DNA from: Felis catus
Taxonomy: Eukaryota
DNA: 64,000 nucleotides
Direction: 5' to 3'
Assembly: GCF_018350175.1 (NCBI RefSeq)
Contig: NC_058368.1
Location: 192,016,001 to 192,080,000 of the forward strand
The notes under the pieces are model-generated. The model ran no database searches. It was given only the letters and a program-made list of their open reading frames with translations, and was not told where the DNA came from. Below, in pieces: positions 1 through 12,849 of this stretch; the first letter of the stretch is position 1; the number at the start of each line of letters is the position of its first letter. The position numbers were made by a program, and so were the translations under genes.

Positions 1-1250
1 AAGGGAAGAGACTGAATCACCTGGGACTGAAAGTCATTGCCTTGTGGAGGATGACATAAATCATCTAAAAGTCAGTACTTATTCCTTTGAGATGAGCTAG
101 AGATCTAACATCTTAGACCTTTGGTATCAGCAGGCAAATCAGAACAATTAACTTTCACAAAGATTTTATAAACTAGTCCAGTCCTAAGGAAGGTGTTATA
201 GTTATTGAGGGATCACAGTCAACATTTGTGATCCCAAGAAGCTATTGGTTACACAATTATTAGAACCAAGATTCAACCTAAGCCACAATAGGATGCTGAA
301 ATAGGGGGTTCAATGGCAGAATGTTCAAGTCTTCTTCCATTTAAAGATACCAATTGGCAGCCACTTGTCCCATTGGATGAGATGGCATGTAAGGCAAATG
401 TAGAAGGATTTAGAAGGTTTTCAGCTCTTTAGGTTAAGAGGGAAATAGACCCTTTCAGTTGGTAGTCTTTCTTCTCACCCCCAAGCAGGAGATAGTAGTC
501 AAGACCAAAACAATGTCTAGGAAAGCAAGTGCAAAAAGGGCAGAATTGCACCACACTGAGCCCTCAGGGATAGATAATCTGGTAGTTCTGGGCATAGATA
601 AAGCTGAGAAAGACACCCACCACAGGCCTCTCGAGCAAGGTGGTCATATCCACTTTTCATACCATTGCTCACCTGCCTGAAGCTGGCAGAATCCTCTGGA
701 TAAGTAAAGGTCACTGCTGGTTGGTTACATTGGATGAAACCATCTGCTACAAAAGGAATTCCAAATATAGAATCTAGATCTCATCTGGAAAATGTGGGTT
801 AGATAGTTCCCATTACTGCCATATTTGACAGTATGCTAAGAGATTTGGTCCAGGTATGAGACACAAACCCCACGCTGCCCTCAATTCCAACAGCAGCTCT
901 ATTATTTATCGTCACAAACCCATTATGTCTATTACTCCATGGGTACCCTGCTAGTCCCAAGAGAAAATGATGAAATGTCACAGTTTTCATAGTTATCCAA
1001 GTATAAAAATATTTTACTTGAGTCGATCTGAAAAGTCTCATTCCTTACAGATTATATAAACATCCAGGTCTCATGAATAAAGGACCTGCTCCCTTTCCTT
1101 TTAATCCTACTGATTCTCATACTCTGGGAGAAGAACACTGCAGGAGAGAGAAAATCTTCCTGGCTGGATCTACTACTGGTACATGCTGGGCTTCTCAGCT
1201 GGGTCCTCACTGTTCTTAGCAATGCATGGATCTCCCTAGTCACCAGACCA
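1..1250 (-). other. Endogenous bornavirus-like L element (EBLL), C-terminal part of the polymerase, degraded, runs off the left edge
   Basis: Collinear minus-strand matches to BoDV-1 L. IQPGRFSLSC..PEY ~ IDSEEFVLAC.EPQY; PWS/IDIMGL*R*II (~905-942) ~ PWSIVIRSLWRFLI; SR*DL..IPFVADGFIQ..Y (~700-790) ~ SRGDL..LPFINPGIVE..Y; DHLAREACGGCLS (~608-646) ~ DFTARGHHHGCYS; LLLGGEKKDY ~ LVLGGDPAYY; HP..LLGITNVDCDP..TP ~ HP..LVDISDMCCLP..TP. Several stops are one substitution away from the expected W/G/Y codon. Confidence 0.8.
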
Positions 1251-1259
1251 CATGGACAT

Positions 1260-3335
1260 CTTTATCTTGACTCCAAGTTATAGTTCCAAATTCAACTGCT
1301 CTAAAGCTTTAACATTTATTTCAAGCCTTTAGCATAACTTTACCACTTTATTCTGAGCACAAGGCCCTTCTTACACTCTTCAAACATAGGGTTTCTACTA
1401 TGAGCTTCTTTATCTCACCTCTGTCCCCACTTATCTCTTCTCTTTGCCTCAACCCTACCTACCTCCTACTCATCTCAACTAGACAGTCAAGATAGCAGCC
1501 TCTCACCTATGTTCTCTCTTCAAATTTTCTCCCCTCCAATCCATCCTGAACACTGCCTACCAGCTTAATATTGTATTATAGCACCTCTCTGACCATTTCA
1601 CAAACATACTCCATTTACATCAGATCCCTATTACCTAAACAGGTTCCTGGCCTTGGTCTCAAGGCCTCAACCAAAACCTGCCTTTCTAGAATCTCATATT
1701 ATTCTTCCCTTCTAGACAGGCATGCTCCAATCTTGCCTCAGGCTTCTTTGCCTCTGCACCATTGTTCAAGTCATTTCTACCACCTCAAATGCTCTCTCCT
1801 CATTGCTGGCTATTCCATTAACTCCCCGCAACCTCAGTGCCAGATGATACACTGCTGACTACATGAAGTCCTGCCTCACTATAACTATTGTGTCCACACA
1901 CTCCAAGGTCTTTGTAGCAATACTAATTCATATATAAGCAGATAATTACTGAGATGCATCTATATGCTACACACTATGCTAAGCACTAAGATAGGATCAT
2001 AGAAATAACAAAGAGAGTGGGGTGGACAGTAAATAAGTAGTAAGGAATAGGACAGGGTTAAGTACATGTTGTTATGGAATCCACATATGTGAACCCATCA
2101 ATGCTTGTGACCCAATGCTTGATGGGTCCAAGATTTCCTGGAGGAAATGATATACATACATCTAAGTTAAATCCTTTAGGAGAAGTGAGAATTATCCAAA
2201 TGACGATGTGGAGAAGCAAAGGGCCAGTTTTCAGCACAGAAAATGATGTATCCAAGAAATGCATATGGTTCAATATAGCTGGAGAAAAGAATTCAAAGAG
2301 GTGCTGGAGTAGTGACAAAAGGCGAGAAAAGGAAACACACTAGCTCATCAAGAGGTGTGTGGGCCATCTGTATGAGCTAGAACTTGAATCTGAGAGCAGT
2401 CAGGAAAATTGCAGAGGTGTTCACAATCCTATTTGCATATGGTGAGGCCTTCATGCAAAGATTGTGAACTAAGAAATCAAGTTGTTGCAGATAAGTAGAC
2501 AAAAGATGCAGGTAGTACCCACTAATAGAGTTCCATGAGGATAGAAAGTAGACTGATTTGAAAGCTATTAAGGAGGTACAATCAACATGATTAGCCACTG
2601 ACCAGGTCAAGGTGGGGGATGAGAGTCAAGAGTGACACTCAGGTTTCTGGCTTAAACAACTATTTAGATAGGAGGACCATTTACAGGGATGAGGAAAGCT
2701 GGAATAGAAGTAGTTTGGAACGAATAGAATATGAAACGCCTATGAGATTTTCAGAGCACGAGGTCTTACTCTCCAACAAGTAGACCAACTGGTCTGGCAT
2801 TCAAGAGAATAACCTGAGCTTAAGTTTTCAATTTGGGAATCATCATGTACCGGTTAATGGTCATCAAGGCACTAGAGATGATTAAATCAACCTAGATAAA
2901 GTTTAGGTCATGAAGACAGATGAGGGCAATGATGAATAAAAATAGAAGATACCTGGGAGAAAGTTTCAGAACAACAGGAAAGTGGAAGGCCCAGATGTAG
3001 ATGCTGAGGGAGGGTGATGCCATGCAAGCCAAGGAAAGAAAGAATTTCAAGAAGAGGCTTCTGAGAAGTCAAGTAAAACAAGGGCAAGCAATCATCCTTT
3101 GGATTTAAGCACAAAGAAATCACAGATGACCATGGAGAAGGTGTTTGTATGCAGTGGTGGGATCAGATACCAATTGCACCTATAAGGACACCTTTCACAT
3201 ACAGGGAGTCAGACTCTGTGTCTCCTGGAACTCATGAAAGACCCCCAACTAACCCAGGAGCTAAGGGATCTGCACTTGTGCACCTTACACAGTATCTCAT
3301 ACACACGAGGCATTCAATAAAGACTTATAGAAAAT
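1260..3335. mobile_element. LINE-2 fragments (plus-strand piece ~1260-1920, minus-strand piece ~1940-3170, 3' end ~3190-3335)
   Basis: Pyrimidine-rich then purine-rich L2-like text, with typical L2 3'-end motifs. Confidence 0.65.
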
Positions 3336-3349
3336 AAACACACCCTGAT

Positions 3350-4330
3350 GTTTCTCTTTTCAAACACCTCATTTGGAAGCATTGTAAAAGTTACTTGAGA
3401 GAGGAGAGGATAAAAGATGTTTACAGCTGCTCATTGACCATATGTGGCATTTGTCTATCTCCCCCGTCATTTCCAGGTATTTATCATGCCCTTTCTTGCT
3501 ACCTTTACTCCTGAGCCAGTAGACAAGTTTGATGAGCTGTGGAAGCTTAAGGCAGGGTCTGGACCAAGGAATCCACCAGAGCTTCCCCTCCGCCTATTTG
3601 CATTTAGTTGATGCTGCTAAATATAAACACTTGAGCAAAATAAAAATAAACTAGGCTGATTTTGCTTCCAATTATTTCTGCCGGGGCTCCCTGGGACTTC
3701 ACTCAGAGAGTGGCCACTCATCACTCAGACATACAGGAGAACCACATCAACAACAGTCCAAGTACCCATCACTTACTTATTAAGACCTACAAGGCAGGTA
3801 TGCTGACCTTCCAGCAGAATGTCTTCAATCACATCACAGTTCCATTCAAAATCCTCTTTGGCTCCACATTGTCCAAAGAATAAATTTAATTTGCTTTGTA
3901 CTTAGTGCCTTTAATTTATTCAAAACAAAGCAAAACTAAAATACAAAAGGATGCATTCAGTTAAAAGGTTATTATCAGATTACAAAAATACATGTGGACT
4001 CTAAGTGCCCTATTGTCTGTATCTCTAACAAAGCTGGTCCTAAAAAAATGTCCTTGCTATTAAATAAAATAGCAAAACAAACAAACCACACCCTCTTTTC
4101 CTGGCTTAGTTTATTAGTTGTGGCACTCAACATAATTTTGTTACTGTCGGAGTTCATTCTCATGATGGATTACACGAATAGTCTCCAATACATATTACCT
4201 TACAAAGAGATTACTTACAACCATAAGCATAATGAAACACAAAAGGGAAAAGAAAGTATTTAGGGATGAGGAGTATTAGTTACTACTGTAGATTACGCAA
4301 AGAGCCCTCATGCCAAGGGAGCATAAAACT
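3350..4330 (-). other. EBLL middle segment (L regions I-II to pre-motif A), degraded
   Basis: LMVVS..*YVLE..IMRMN ~ BoDV LMVSS..WYFPE..KMRVE; FFRTSFV ~ IFRAEFI; DFEWNCD..DI ~ DLDMDPD..DI; LIKLV..E.KV ~ LTVLV..ELKV. The order is preserved. Confidence 0.5.
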
Positions 4331-4437
4331 GAGCACAACAACAGATACTCAAAACTAAGAATTTGTTTCTTCACCATTTATACCATGTACCAGTTTGTTG
4401 CCTCTCAACTCTAAAAATCACCCTTTGTTACCTGCGC

Positions 4438-5112
4438 TGTGGAAATTAAGTTGGTTCTAAATAATTTTCTTTTGCCAACTGGCATTGTGTTATACTTCGT
4501 CAGTGGAGGGAGCTGACGAGACACTTGAGCAGGAAGGGCTTTTTCACCCTGGTTCCAGGGTGCTCACTTGAGCAGGCTTCTGCTGCTCAGCTGGCTTCTC
4601 CTTGCCCGGCTCCTGCTGTGCAAGCTGCTTCTCCAGCATCTGGTTTTTACGGCCCGCACAGATGCTCCAGCATTCCGCTCCTGCAGCGCAAGCAGCTTCC
4701 TGACCGTTAGCCACCTTCGGGACGGAGTGGTCAGTTGTACTTGGGAAATTTTAGATCAGAACGTCTCCAGGGAGACACCTCTCTGTGACAGCTTTCCCCG
4801 GAGCCAAAGAGAATACATTGCCAACACATTCTGCCAGCACAGGACTGTAACAACTTCTCTGCCACTCAGTGAGTCACAGCCAGGTCCTCTCCAACAACGT
4901 CCGAGTTTCTCCCTTGAAGTAGAGAGGGTCTCTTTCTCACAGACTTCATCTCAGCCCTGGAACAGTGGCTGTTTCTTTTTTCTAATATCCCTGTCCTCTT
5001 TACTCCTACCAGCCCCTCCCTTATTACTCCAACCTCCTATATCAGTGAATTCTTTTTATTAAACTATCTTGTTCAAGCTACTGGTGCTGTCGCCTGACTG
5101 GCCTCTGTGACA
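4438..5112 (+). mobile_element. Solo LTR, ERVL class (old eutherian type)
   Basis: Starts TGT and ends TGTGACA, with ATTAAA ~55 nt before the end. The 3' end resembles ERVL LTRs. Confidence 0.5.
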
Positions 5113-5339
5113 GCACGCAGGTACACTCGCATTCCTAAGTTGTAAAATGGGTATTAACTGTTCGGAGACTCCCTGACGAAACAGCCACCACCACCGTAAC
5201 AAAAAACACTTTTGCTAACCATTTTTTTTTTTATCCTCATAGTATCTCTGTAAGACAAATATGTTTACCCTCGTTTTACAGACGGGAAACTGACAGGTAA
5301 AGTGATAAAATTACTCCCCGAAGGTCCCAAAGCCATAGG

Positions 5340-5700
5340 AGATGCTACAGTTATTACCATCAAGACTGACTAGCTGTGTCTCCCCCCAAACTGGAGAAGT
5401 TATTTAAGATAAGGGATTATTCTAACTTTTTCTCTTAGTTTCCCCTCATAAAAGGCAAGGTTCAAACTAAGGATAACTGATTCAGAGACCTATGCTCTGC
5501 ATTGCTGGAATACACGCACGACCTCCACTTTTCGACATAGCAGAGCTATTTGGTAGAACAGGTCAGGGTACAAGTAGCTTCCAATAGAGACTTCAAGCTT
5601 GCCTTAGACTTCTGGGAATTATGGTCTTCATAAAATTCTTCCCATGTCCAACTTGGCAGTCTGCCACCATAAAAGGGACACAGCTAAAGACCAGTGACTA
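5340..5700 (-). other. EBLL N-terminal segment, probably the start of the copy continuing at 4330-3350 and 1250-1
   Basis: YPDLFYQIAL ~ YYLLFRQVVL; SLNLAFYEGKLREKV ~ SVRYALTNPRVRAQL; LQF..LVSLDGNNC ~ LQF..IATIDTTSC. Confidence 0.6.
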
Positions 5701-5739
5701 AGGGGAGCTGATGTCAATTAAGCAGCTTCTCTGTTTGGG

Positions 5740-5880
5740 TCGACATCCGACGTCCAAATGATGAGCCAGTATTTTTAACACAAGAAGCAATGAGTAGCAT
5801 CAAGACTGACTATGTCTCTCCAAAGGTATTTATATTAGGTATTTACATGAGGGATCATTCTTACTTTTTTCCTAGCCTCC
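5740..5880 (-). other. Short EBLL N-terminal fragment, diverged duplicate of ~5355-5445
   Basis: IVSLDATHCFLC*KYWL ~ BoDV IATIDTTSCLMTYNHFL. It shares catcaagactgacta and flanking DNA with the ~5358 region. Confidence 0.6.
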
Positions 5881-5999
5881 TTAAAAAAAAAAAAAAGCCA
5901 CCTGCAAAGCAAAGCATTTGTTGAGGAATTTTTATAATGACTTGTTCAATCCCCACTCATTATCAAGAAAACGCTTACATCTGTGAAGGATTAAATATT

Positions 6000-6930
6000 A
6001 TGATCCATTCTCATTTTTCTAGAAGTCCTATTAACCTCCAGAAGAGTAATGCCAAAAGATAAACAGAGCAAACACCAAACAAGAACGTTTTGAAGCAAAA
6101 GCCTTCCTTGAAAAAATAGCTACATCTCTGTTAGCTCCATCAAGTCCTGGCTTAGCACTCTGTTTTGCTTGAATCAAAGACAGAGATGGGCTGCCAACAA
6201 TGACTCCCTGATGTCTTCTGGATGAAATCCAACCCCATAGTCTAGAACTCAAGGTCTTTAGAGACTGGCTTTGCTTTATTGGCACAGTGGCATCTTCTCC
6301 ACGCCCACAGCTGAGATTCAGCCAGGACTCAGGAAAATCTCCTCCAGTTGTTAAAATATTGTAACATGTCTGTGCTAGGAAAATAGCCCTTCCTCAAGAT
6401 TTCACACCCCCTGCCCTTCTATAATCCACCAACCTAGGAGTTGAATGCTTGGCATAACCAAGAGACCTGTAGGACCTGTTTCAGTCCTCTGCCAGCATAA
6501 ATTCTGGATCATCAGTATTCCTGCCAATTACCCTCCCCCCAAAACTCCTGCTTCTTGTGTGGCCTTTGCCAGAGAAGTTGAGGACCTCAGCAGAAGAAAG
6601 GGCATCCTTGACATTGGTGCTGACATCCTGCTAGATATCCACCTAGGTTCTGAAGCTGTGACCATCCACCACCGGCTTGCTCTCCCCGAGGTTGACACCA
6701 TGTAGCTACCAGTGGTGACTGCATCCTCTGAGAGACTTCACTTATAAGATATTCTGGGTCCAACAAGGAAAAATGGGAGAGCAGACAGGCTGGTAATAAT
6801 AAGATTCAGCCCAGATATTGGCCAGGCACCATGGGTTCTATCAGTGTAGGCGGTTCTACTAAGTGCTTCAGCAACTTAGGGAGGCTACAGGATTCAAAGG
6901 AGTGGCTTAGGTCAGGTGGCATGCTAGGTG
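6000..6930 (-). other. EBLL N-terminal ~300 codons, degraded
   Basis: PLL* and SCSLPKLLKHL ~ PLLG and SSSLPHHVRAL; YLISEV..LVATW ~ YPIGVL..IVSAW; NVKDALSSAEV ~ SVRYALTNPRV; VKS* ~ AKSR; GDFPESWLNL ~ GSFLDHIINM; WHY..EVN..KMRMD ~ WYF.EIR..KMRVE. Confidence 0.65.
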
Positions 6931-7873
6931 TAGACCCCCTTTACACTGTCCCCATTCAATTTCACCTCAATTTAATGGGGTGACTTGTTAAAAACCTGAA
7001 TCCTCACCTATCATGATCATTAACATTAATTTTCTTCATACAAATGATAGCTACCACATCCATAGCGTGAATCATGCTAACTGCATATTAACTTACTCGA
7101 ATGCCATAAACACCACAATGATTATCCCCATTTTACAGGGAAATAAACTGAGGCACAGAAAGATTATTTAAATTTAAGAGACAGAGCCAAGATGTGAACC
7201 AGGCCCTCAAGCAACAGGGCTATGTTGCCTCTCTTGCTCTGAAGGGTAAAGTTTGACCTAATCAAATATAGCGTTCCAATAAACTTTTTGTGACATGTTT
7301 GATAATAGAGATATTGAGCATTTAAAATTTCAGACAGTATTATAACAGCTGGGAAATCTTGAATATAATTGCTCTGAGTTCAGCAGAACCTGAGCTGATT
7401 TAACGCCATGCACATTAATGGGAAAGTCACTGCAAGGATTTATGCAGTTCCCCGTGTCAAATCATGACTCAAGACTGGGGCATTATTTTGCTAGTGATAG
7501 ATCAAATTAAAGATCTCAACAACTGTATTATTAAAAACAGTATGGAAATTATTAGAACATCATGAGTGATTTTTACTATAAACCCATCTGGCAAACAGTT
7601 TTAAACCATTTGGTTAACTTAAAGAATAAAAGAGGTATAGGTTACTAGGTTTTTTATGATAATGTGTTACCACATGCATATGTGTTTTATTTTCGACCTA
7701 GTCCAGGCCCAGTATTGGGTGCCCCTTTCATCAAACTAGTCTATGCTTGCTCACTATCCTTCACTCCTACAATGACTGCCACAAGTCCCATTATTTCATT
7801 TGCTTCATCTACACAGAACATTTCTTAAGCTTTCCCCTAGAGTTCTACTTTACCTGTCTTCATCTTGGCTGCC

Positions 7874-8309
7874 TGTAATAACTCCAATTGTTCCCCCTAA
7901 AGTTCCTGTCTACCTAGAAGCTCAGAATGCAACATTTGAAAATAGGATCTATGCAGATTTAATTAGTTAAAATGAGGTTATATTGGAGCGGAGTTGGCCT
8001 GAAACCCAATGACTGGCGTCCTAGGAGGAAGGGACCAAGACTCACAGAGAAGCAACCACGTGACAACAGATACAGAGATTGGAGGAAGGGATGCAGCTAC
8101 AAGTCAGTGGACTCCAAGGATTGCCATGAGCCACCAGAAGCTACAAGAGAAGCCGAAGACCAGTTTCTCCCTAGAACCTCCAGAAGGAGCTAATTCGACC
8201 AATACTTTGATTTCAGACTTCTGGTCTGCCAAACCGTAGGTAACAAATTTGTGGTTTTCAGCTATCCAGTTTATTGCAGTTTTTTAACGACAGCTCTAGG
8301 AAACTCACA
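7874..8309 (+). mobile_element. MLT1 (MaLR) solo LTR
   Basis: Typical MLT1 text (taattagttaaaatgagg...ccctagaacctccagaagga...cagctctaggaaactcaca). Confidence 0.8.
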
Positions 8310-8324
8310 GTCTCCTATCGTCTA

Positions 8325-8510
8325 CCAGTTGTTCCCACACCTTAGTGGGTGTCAGAATCACCCAAAAAGCTTGAGAAACACAACAGTGAGCCCCAGTCTG
8401 AGTCTGAGGTATTCTGAGTTTCCATAGGTCTGAGAATGTGCATGTTTAACAAGTTCCCAGGTGCTGCTGATGTTGCTGGTCAGGGGACCACATTTTGAGG
8501 ACTCCTGGGT
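8325..8510. mobile_element. MER5-type hAT MITE
   Basis: cagaatcacc...ctgagaatgtgcatgtttaacaagttcccaggtgctgctgatg...ggaccacattttgag. Confidence 0.75.
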
Positions 8511-11500
8511 CTATACTATTCATTTTGCCACTTAATTGCATTCAGTTTAGAACTTCATTACATCATATCTTACATCATGTTTATAATCAGTTCATAAATA
8601 GGAGGTCTGACTTCCCAGTGATCCCATGAGTGCCACAAAATCCATGCTTTAACCTACTTATGTTTATCCACAAGATATAATGGTAGCTGGCACATTGCTC
8701 AATTTCATAGTCCAAGCATAATGGTTGAGAGCATCAACTTTAAGCTCTTAAATCCCATTTCCTCATTTGCCAAATGGAGTTAGTGGATTTTAATAGGATT
8801 TTTTGGTAAGATCAAAGGAGACAGCATGTGAAATGCCTACAATATGGCCTGGATTCTAGAACGTGTGCAGTAAATGTTAAGTACTATTACTTTTAAACAT
8901 TGTTTTTATTAATGAAAAAAGTTGGCTACATCTGGGGAAAATCATGTAAAACAGTGCATAAGCCAAAGTTGAAACCCAGAACTTGTCAAAGTCCCAACTC
9001 AAGATGTTATGGCCTTTGCACACATCATGCAGCCAGAAATACTGTTACACAAACCCCATCCACTCCTCACTCTAGCTCTGGATTGGCACGGCCATGTGCA
9101 GATTTATGCTTCAAGAAGGTTGCTCACAGCTGCATTACACCTCAGTCATCCTATTTATAATGTTAAGAAGGATTTGTGGTGTAAGAAAAACAATATGGCC
9201 AAATCAAGAGAACTCCGGATATGCTTGCTACCACGCCCGCAAATGCTGCACGTCTCCTCCCAGAAGGCCATCCTCTTTGACGGGGGGAAGGTAATTAACA
9301 ACAGTAAACAAGCGGAGAAGGTACAGTGCAAAGTTTAGAGGTCCCAAAGAAATGGGTGACACAGAAAATTTCAGTTCAACTCAGCAGAAATTTATTAATC
9401 TACTTTTTACCAGGAAGCATGCTAAAATTTTGGGAATCCAGAGGTTAGGAATACCAACAAGGTGCCTAAACTGGTGAGTCAGAGCAGAGAAGGGTTTGAA
9501 TAAACATCAGAGTCACTGAGCAAGCCTCAGAAAAGAAAGAGAATTCCAGTATCAAAATTGCTGGGCTTGCTCTTCCTTATCCCCCCCTCCCCCGCCCCTT
9601 GCCTCAGTTGAGAGCAATGCTAGCCTGGAGAAGGAATGCCCACGCACATACAGTGAGATGGTGGACATTATGAGACCTATATTCCCTAGTTAAGCATCCA
9701 GTCAGCTGTTGGTCCCACTCTGAGCTTCCTTGGCCCAATTATTGCAGCTCTTTCTCAGTTCCTTCATGACAAAATCATTCCTTATGTCCCCATTTCAGAA
9801 TCTCAGCTCCTGAAGATTCTCCTCACCCTTCTTTTACCTCAGTCTCTGCTTTGGTTTCTTACCCCAAATCCAGTTCTTCCCACGTCTGCATCTCCATTAT
9901 TTTATCTCATTCCCTGGAACTGAGGGTCATCAGTACCCTTCAGAAGCCAAATGTCCATCTCCCACAACCTCTGCCTCTTACCCACAGAGGAGCATCCCCT
10001 GTTGCCAACTACTCACGGCTTAGACCTCTGATTCCATGGTCGCTCTTGCCCTCAGTTCATCCTATATGGAAAACTGTGTTCTCTAAGCCCCGTTGTGGAA
10101 GGGACCAGAGTTCGGGGTCTCAGTCTAATTGGAAAAGAAGAATTAATAGGGTCGAGAGAAAGCCCAAGCCAAGGTCCTAGAGCCCACCAAGAACAAAGTG
10201 TGCTGGCAGCAAGTAAGAAGAAAAAGAAGGCATCACAAGAGTGAGACAAGAGAGAGAAGGCCCCCCACCCATAAACATGACATTTGACAATAGCAACTCT
10301 AGCCTCATGGTCACCAAACGTCTGAGCTTCCAGTGTCAATGGAGTAGGAAAACCTTCCTTCCATCACAAAACTGTTATTCTTCGTCCACCCCAAAAGAGA
10401 TAGTGATCTACTGGCTGGAAATACCTCATTAGAGCAAATGGAGACCTTCCTGTTGCTTCTTTGTCAGGTGCCACTGAAAGCACAGGAAAATTCGTGTTGC
10501 AAGAGACTAGGTGACACATCCATCACAGTGGAGGTAGTTGATAATGAGAAAGCAAGTACTGACAAAAATCTTGAAGGCAACGTGCAGGACAAAATGAGGG
10601 TGTGGGTAATCCTCTGAATAAAAGTGCATATCCACTTTCAGAGCCAAATGCTGGCCACTGAACTAGGAAAGTAATATTGAAAAAGGCCACAGAGGAGAAT
10701 TCCATGTCAGACATGAAAGGGATGAGGCAGGGGTCTGCTTTGTTCAGCTTTTCCCTTAAAACCAGCAAGAAGGAAGGTAGGTTTTCACACACTTCAAAAC
10801 CTGCCCCCGGCCCTACCCTATTCTCATCCTGACCCAAGCTAGCTTGTCCCTTCACTCATGTGTGCTGAAGAGGAATATCAGTGAGTAAAGCTGTTCCAGT
10901 CTGGAATAGCAGCCAGAAAGCCCAGTGCTAGAGAACCTGCAGCGACCGGACATATGTGGCCTTTGCCTTCATGAAGCCTGGCTGAAAACGGGAACAAACA
11001 ATTTTAAAGATAACTATTTTAATGGCACGGATCTGGTAACATGTGCTGAGAGGACAGACAAGAAAAAGGATGTTAGGATGCGTTCAATGCAACCTTCCTC
11101 TCCTTAGCCAGAAAGAAAATTGCTGAAAACTGTCCCCAACACCCAAGTCACGCTGCTGATTTATACCCTGTATCAAGTTGGGGTGTTATTAATGTCTCTG
11201 TGAATTTAATTAGCCGGTGATTTCCACTGGCTCAGTTCCTTTGTTTTCCAATTGAGCAACTTTACAGACTGTTATGATCTTATACAACTTGCAAGGTAAG
11301 GGGACTAGCCTTTCCTTTAAATAGAGCCCTGCGTTTTCTCCAGGATATAGGTACGATTCTAGGAAGTGCTTAACATATGGGACTTAAAACCAAAATCAGA
11401 AAGGGCAAAAACCACGAGAAAGAGACGGCAGTCCTGATTCCAAGAGTCACATACTTAATCTGAAGGACAATACTGTTCGATTCAAAAAAGAAATTTTTTT

Positions 11501-12092
11501 GAGAGAATAAACTACAGATTTAATATAGATTATAATGTCTCCTTGTGATCTGGTTCACACTCTGCCTTGGTTTTCCAAGCAGTAACTTTGGTTTATTAAC
11601 TTCATTCGTATCTGGGTTGAAAGTTATTGACTCTACAATAAAAACAACAATATTCTGTAGAAATGTTTCTTTTTACTTTAGAGATCCCATCTAACTACTG
11701 AGGAATCTATAAAGACACTTTGCAGACAGGGCCATGGATGTGGACTAATCACCATCATTCACAAAAGGTCCTGTTAAGTAGCCAATCCAATAGAGAGGTA
11801 ATACCAGCCCACCAGGTACTTAACCTGATATAACCCAACTGTATTCCTATATCTTCCAATTAGTAAATCCATGAAATGTCCTGGGCACCCACCAGATTCA
11901 CTGTGGAAATATTCAAACTGAATAGACATGTGGCTCCTTCATTCAATCATGACCTCCAGAACCTCAAATATAATTCCATTAATTGTATCTTAACACATAG
12001 AAATGAAAATGGTGCAGATAAGTTCAGTGGATTCAGGTGGGGTTGCAGTGTTAGCACATAAAAGGCACTCGAGAAGAGATTTACTGAATGGG

Positions 12093-12703
12093 CTAGAACT
12101 GGTATGTGAATTCAGCAAAGTCGCAGAATATAAAATCAATATGCAGAAATCTGTTGCATTTCTATACACCATTAACAAAGCATCAGAAAGAGAAATACAG
12201 AAATCAATCCCATTCACAAGTGTACCAAAAGTCATAAAATACCTAGGAATAAACCTAATCAAAGAGGTAAAAGATCTGTATACTTAAAACTATAGAAAAC
12301 TTATGAAAGAAATTGAAGAAGACACAAAGAAATGGAAAAATAATCCATGCTCATGGATTGGAGGAAAATATATCATTAAAATGTCTGTACTACCCAAAGC
12401 AAACTACACATTCAATGCAATCCCTATCAAAATAACACCAGCCTTCTTCACAGAGCTAGAGCAAACAATCCTAAAATTTGTATGGAAACAGACAAGACCC
12501 CAAATAGCCAAAGCAATCTTGTAAAAGAAAACTAAAGCAGGAAGCATCACAATCCCAGACTTCAAACTATACTACAAAACTGTAATCCTCAAGACAGTAT
12601 GGTATTGGCACAAGAACAGACAGTCAGATCAATGGAACAGGAATGGAGAATCTGGAAATGGACCCAGAAACATATGGCCAACTAATTAATCTTTGACAAA
12701 GCA
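12093..12703 (+). mobile_element. Internal L1 ORF2 fragment (carnivore L1), no 3' end
   Basis: Translates as EFSKVAEYKINMQKSVAFLY...[19 protein letters not shown] (L1 ORF2). Confidence 0.95.
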
Positions 12704-12849
12704 CCCAAGCCAAAACCAAAAATGCTATCTGACCTAAACAGCTGGCCTAATGATTTGCATGCTAAGACAAGCTTTTTAGGTCACCAAGAATGGCTAACAG
12801 TTTAGAGAACCTCAGCAGATCCTAAGACCACACCTTGGGTCTTATTGGG

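Noticed and set aside
4568..5062. 164-aa ORF
   Set aside because: It lies within an LTR and has no recognisable protein features.
5883..5896. A-run as a retrotransposition poly(A) tail of a viral insert
   Set aside because: It is on the wrong strand for a minus-strand mRNA insertion, and there is no TSD.
6120..6245. Minus-strand GVGFHPEDIRE resembling bornavirus N (GIGHEKDIRQ)
   Set aside because: The match is isolated, and another frame fits the surrounding L alignment.
6598..6630. Plus-strand KGILDIGADIL resembling a retroviral protease (LLDTGAD)
   Set aside because: There is no further protease or gag/pol context, and the opposite strand aligns collinearly with bornavirus L.
6680..6720. 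GVNLGE resembling filovirus NP (GVNVGE)
   Set aside because: A six-residue match with no flanking NP similarity.
10700..10830. GPGAG and SDME read as methyltransferase motifs
   Set aside because: The spacing is wrong. The position fits the connector region, and a better MTase-like start occurs at ~10260-10360.
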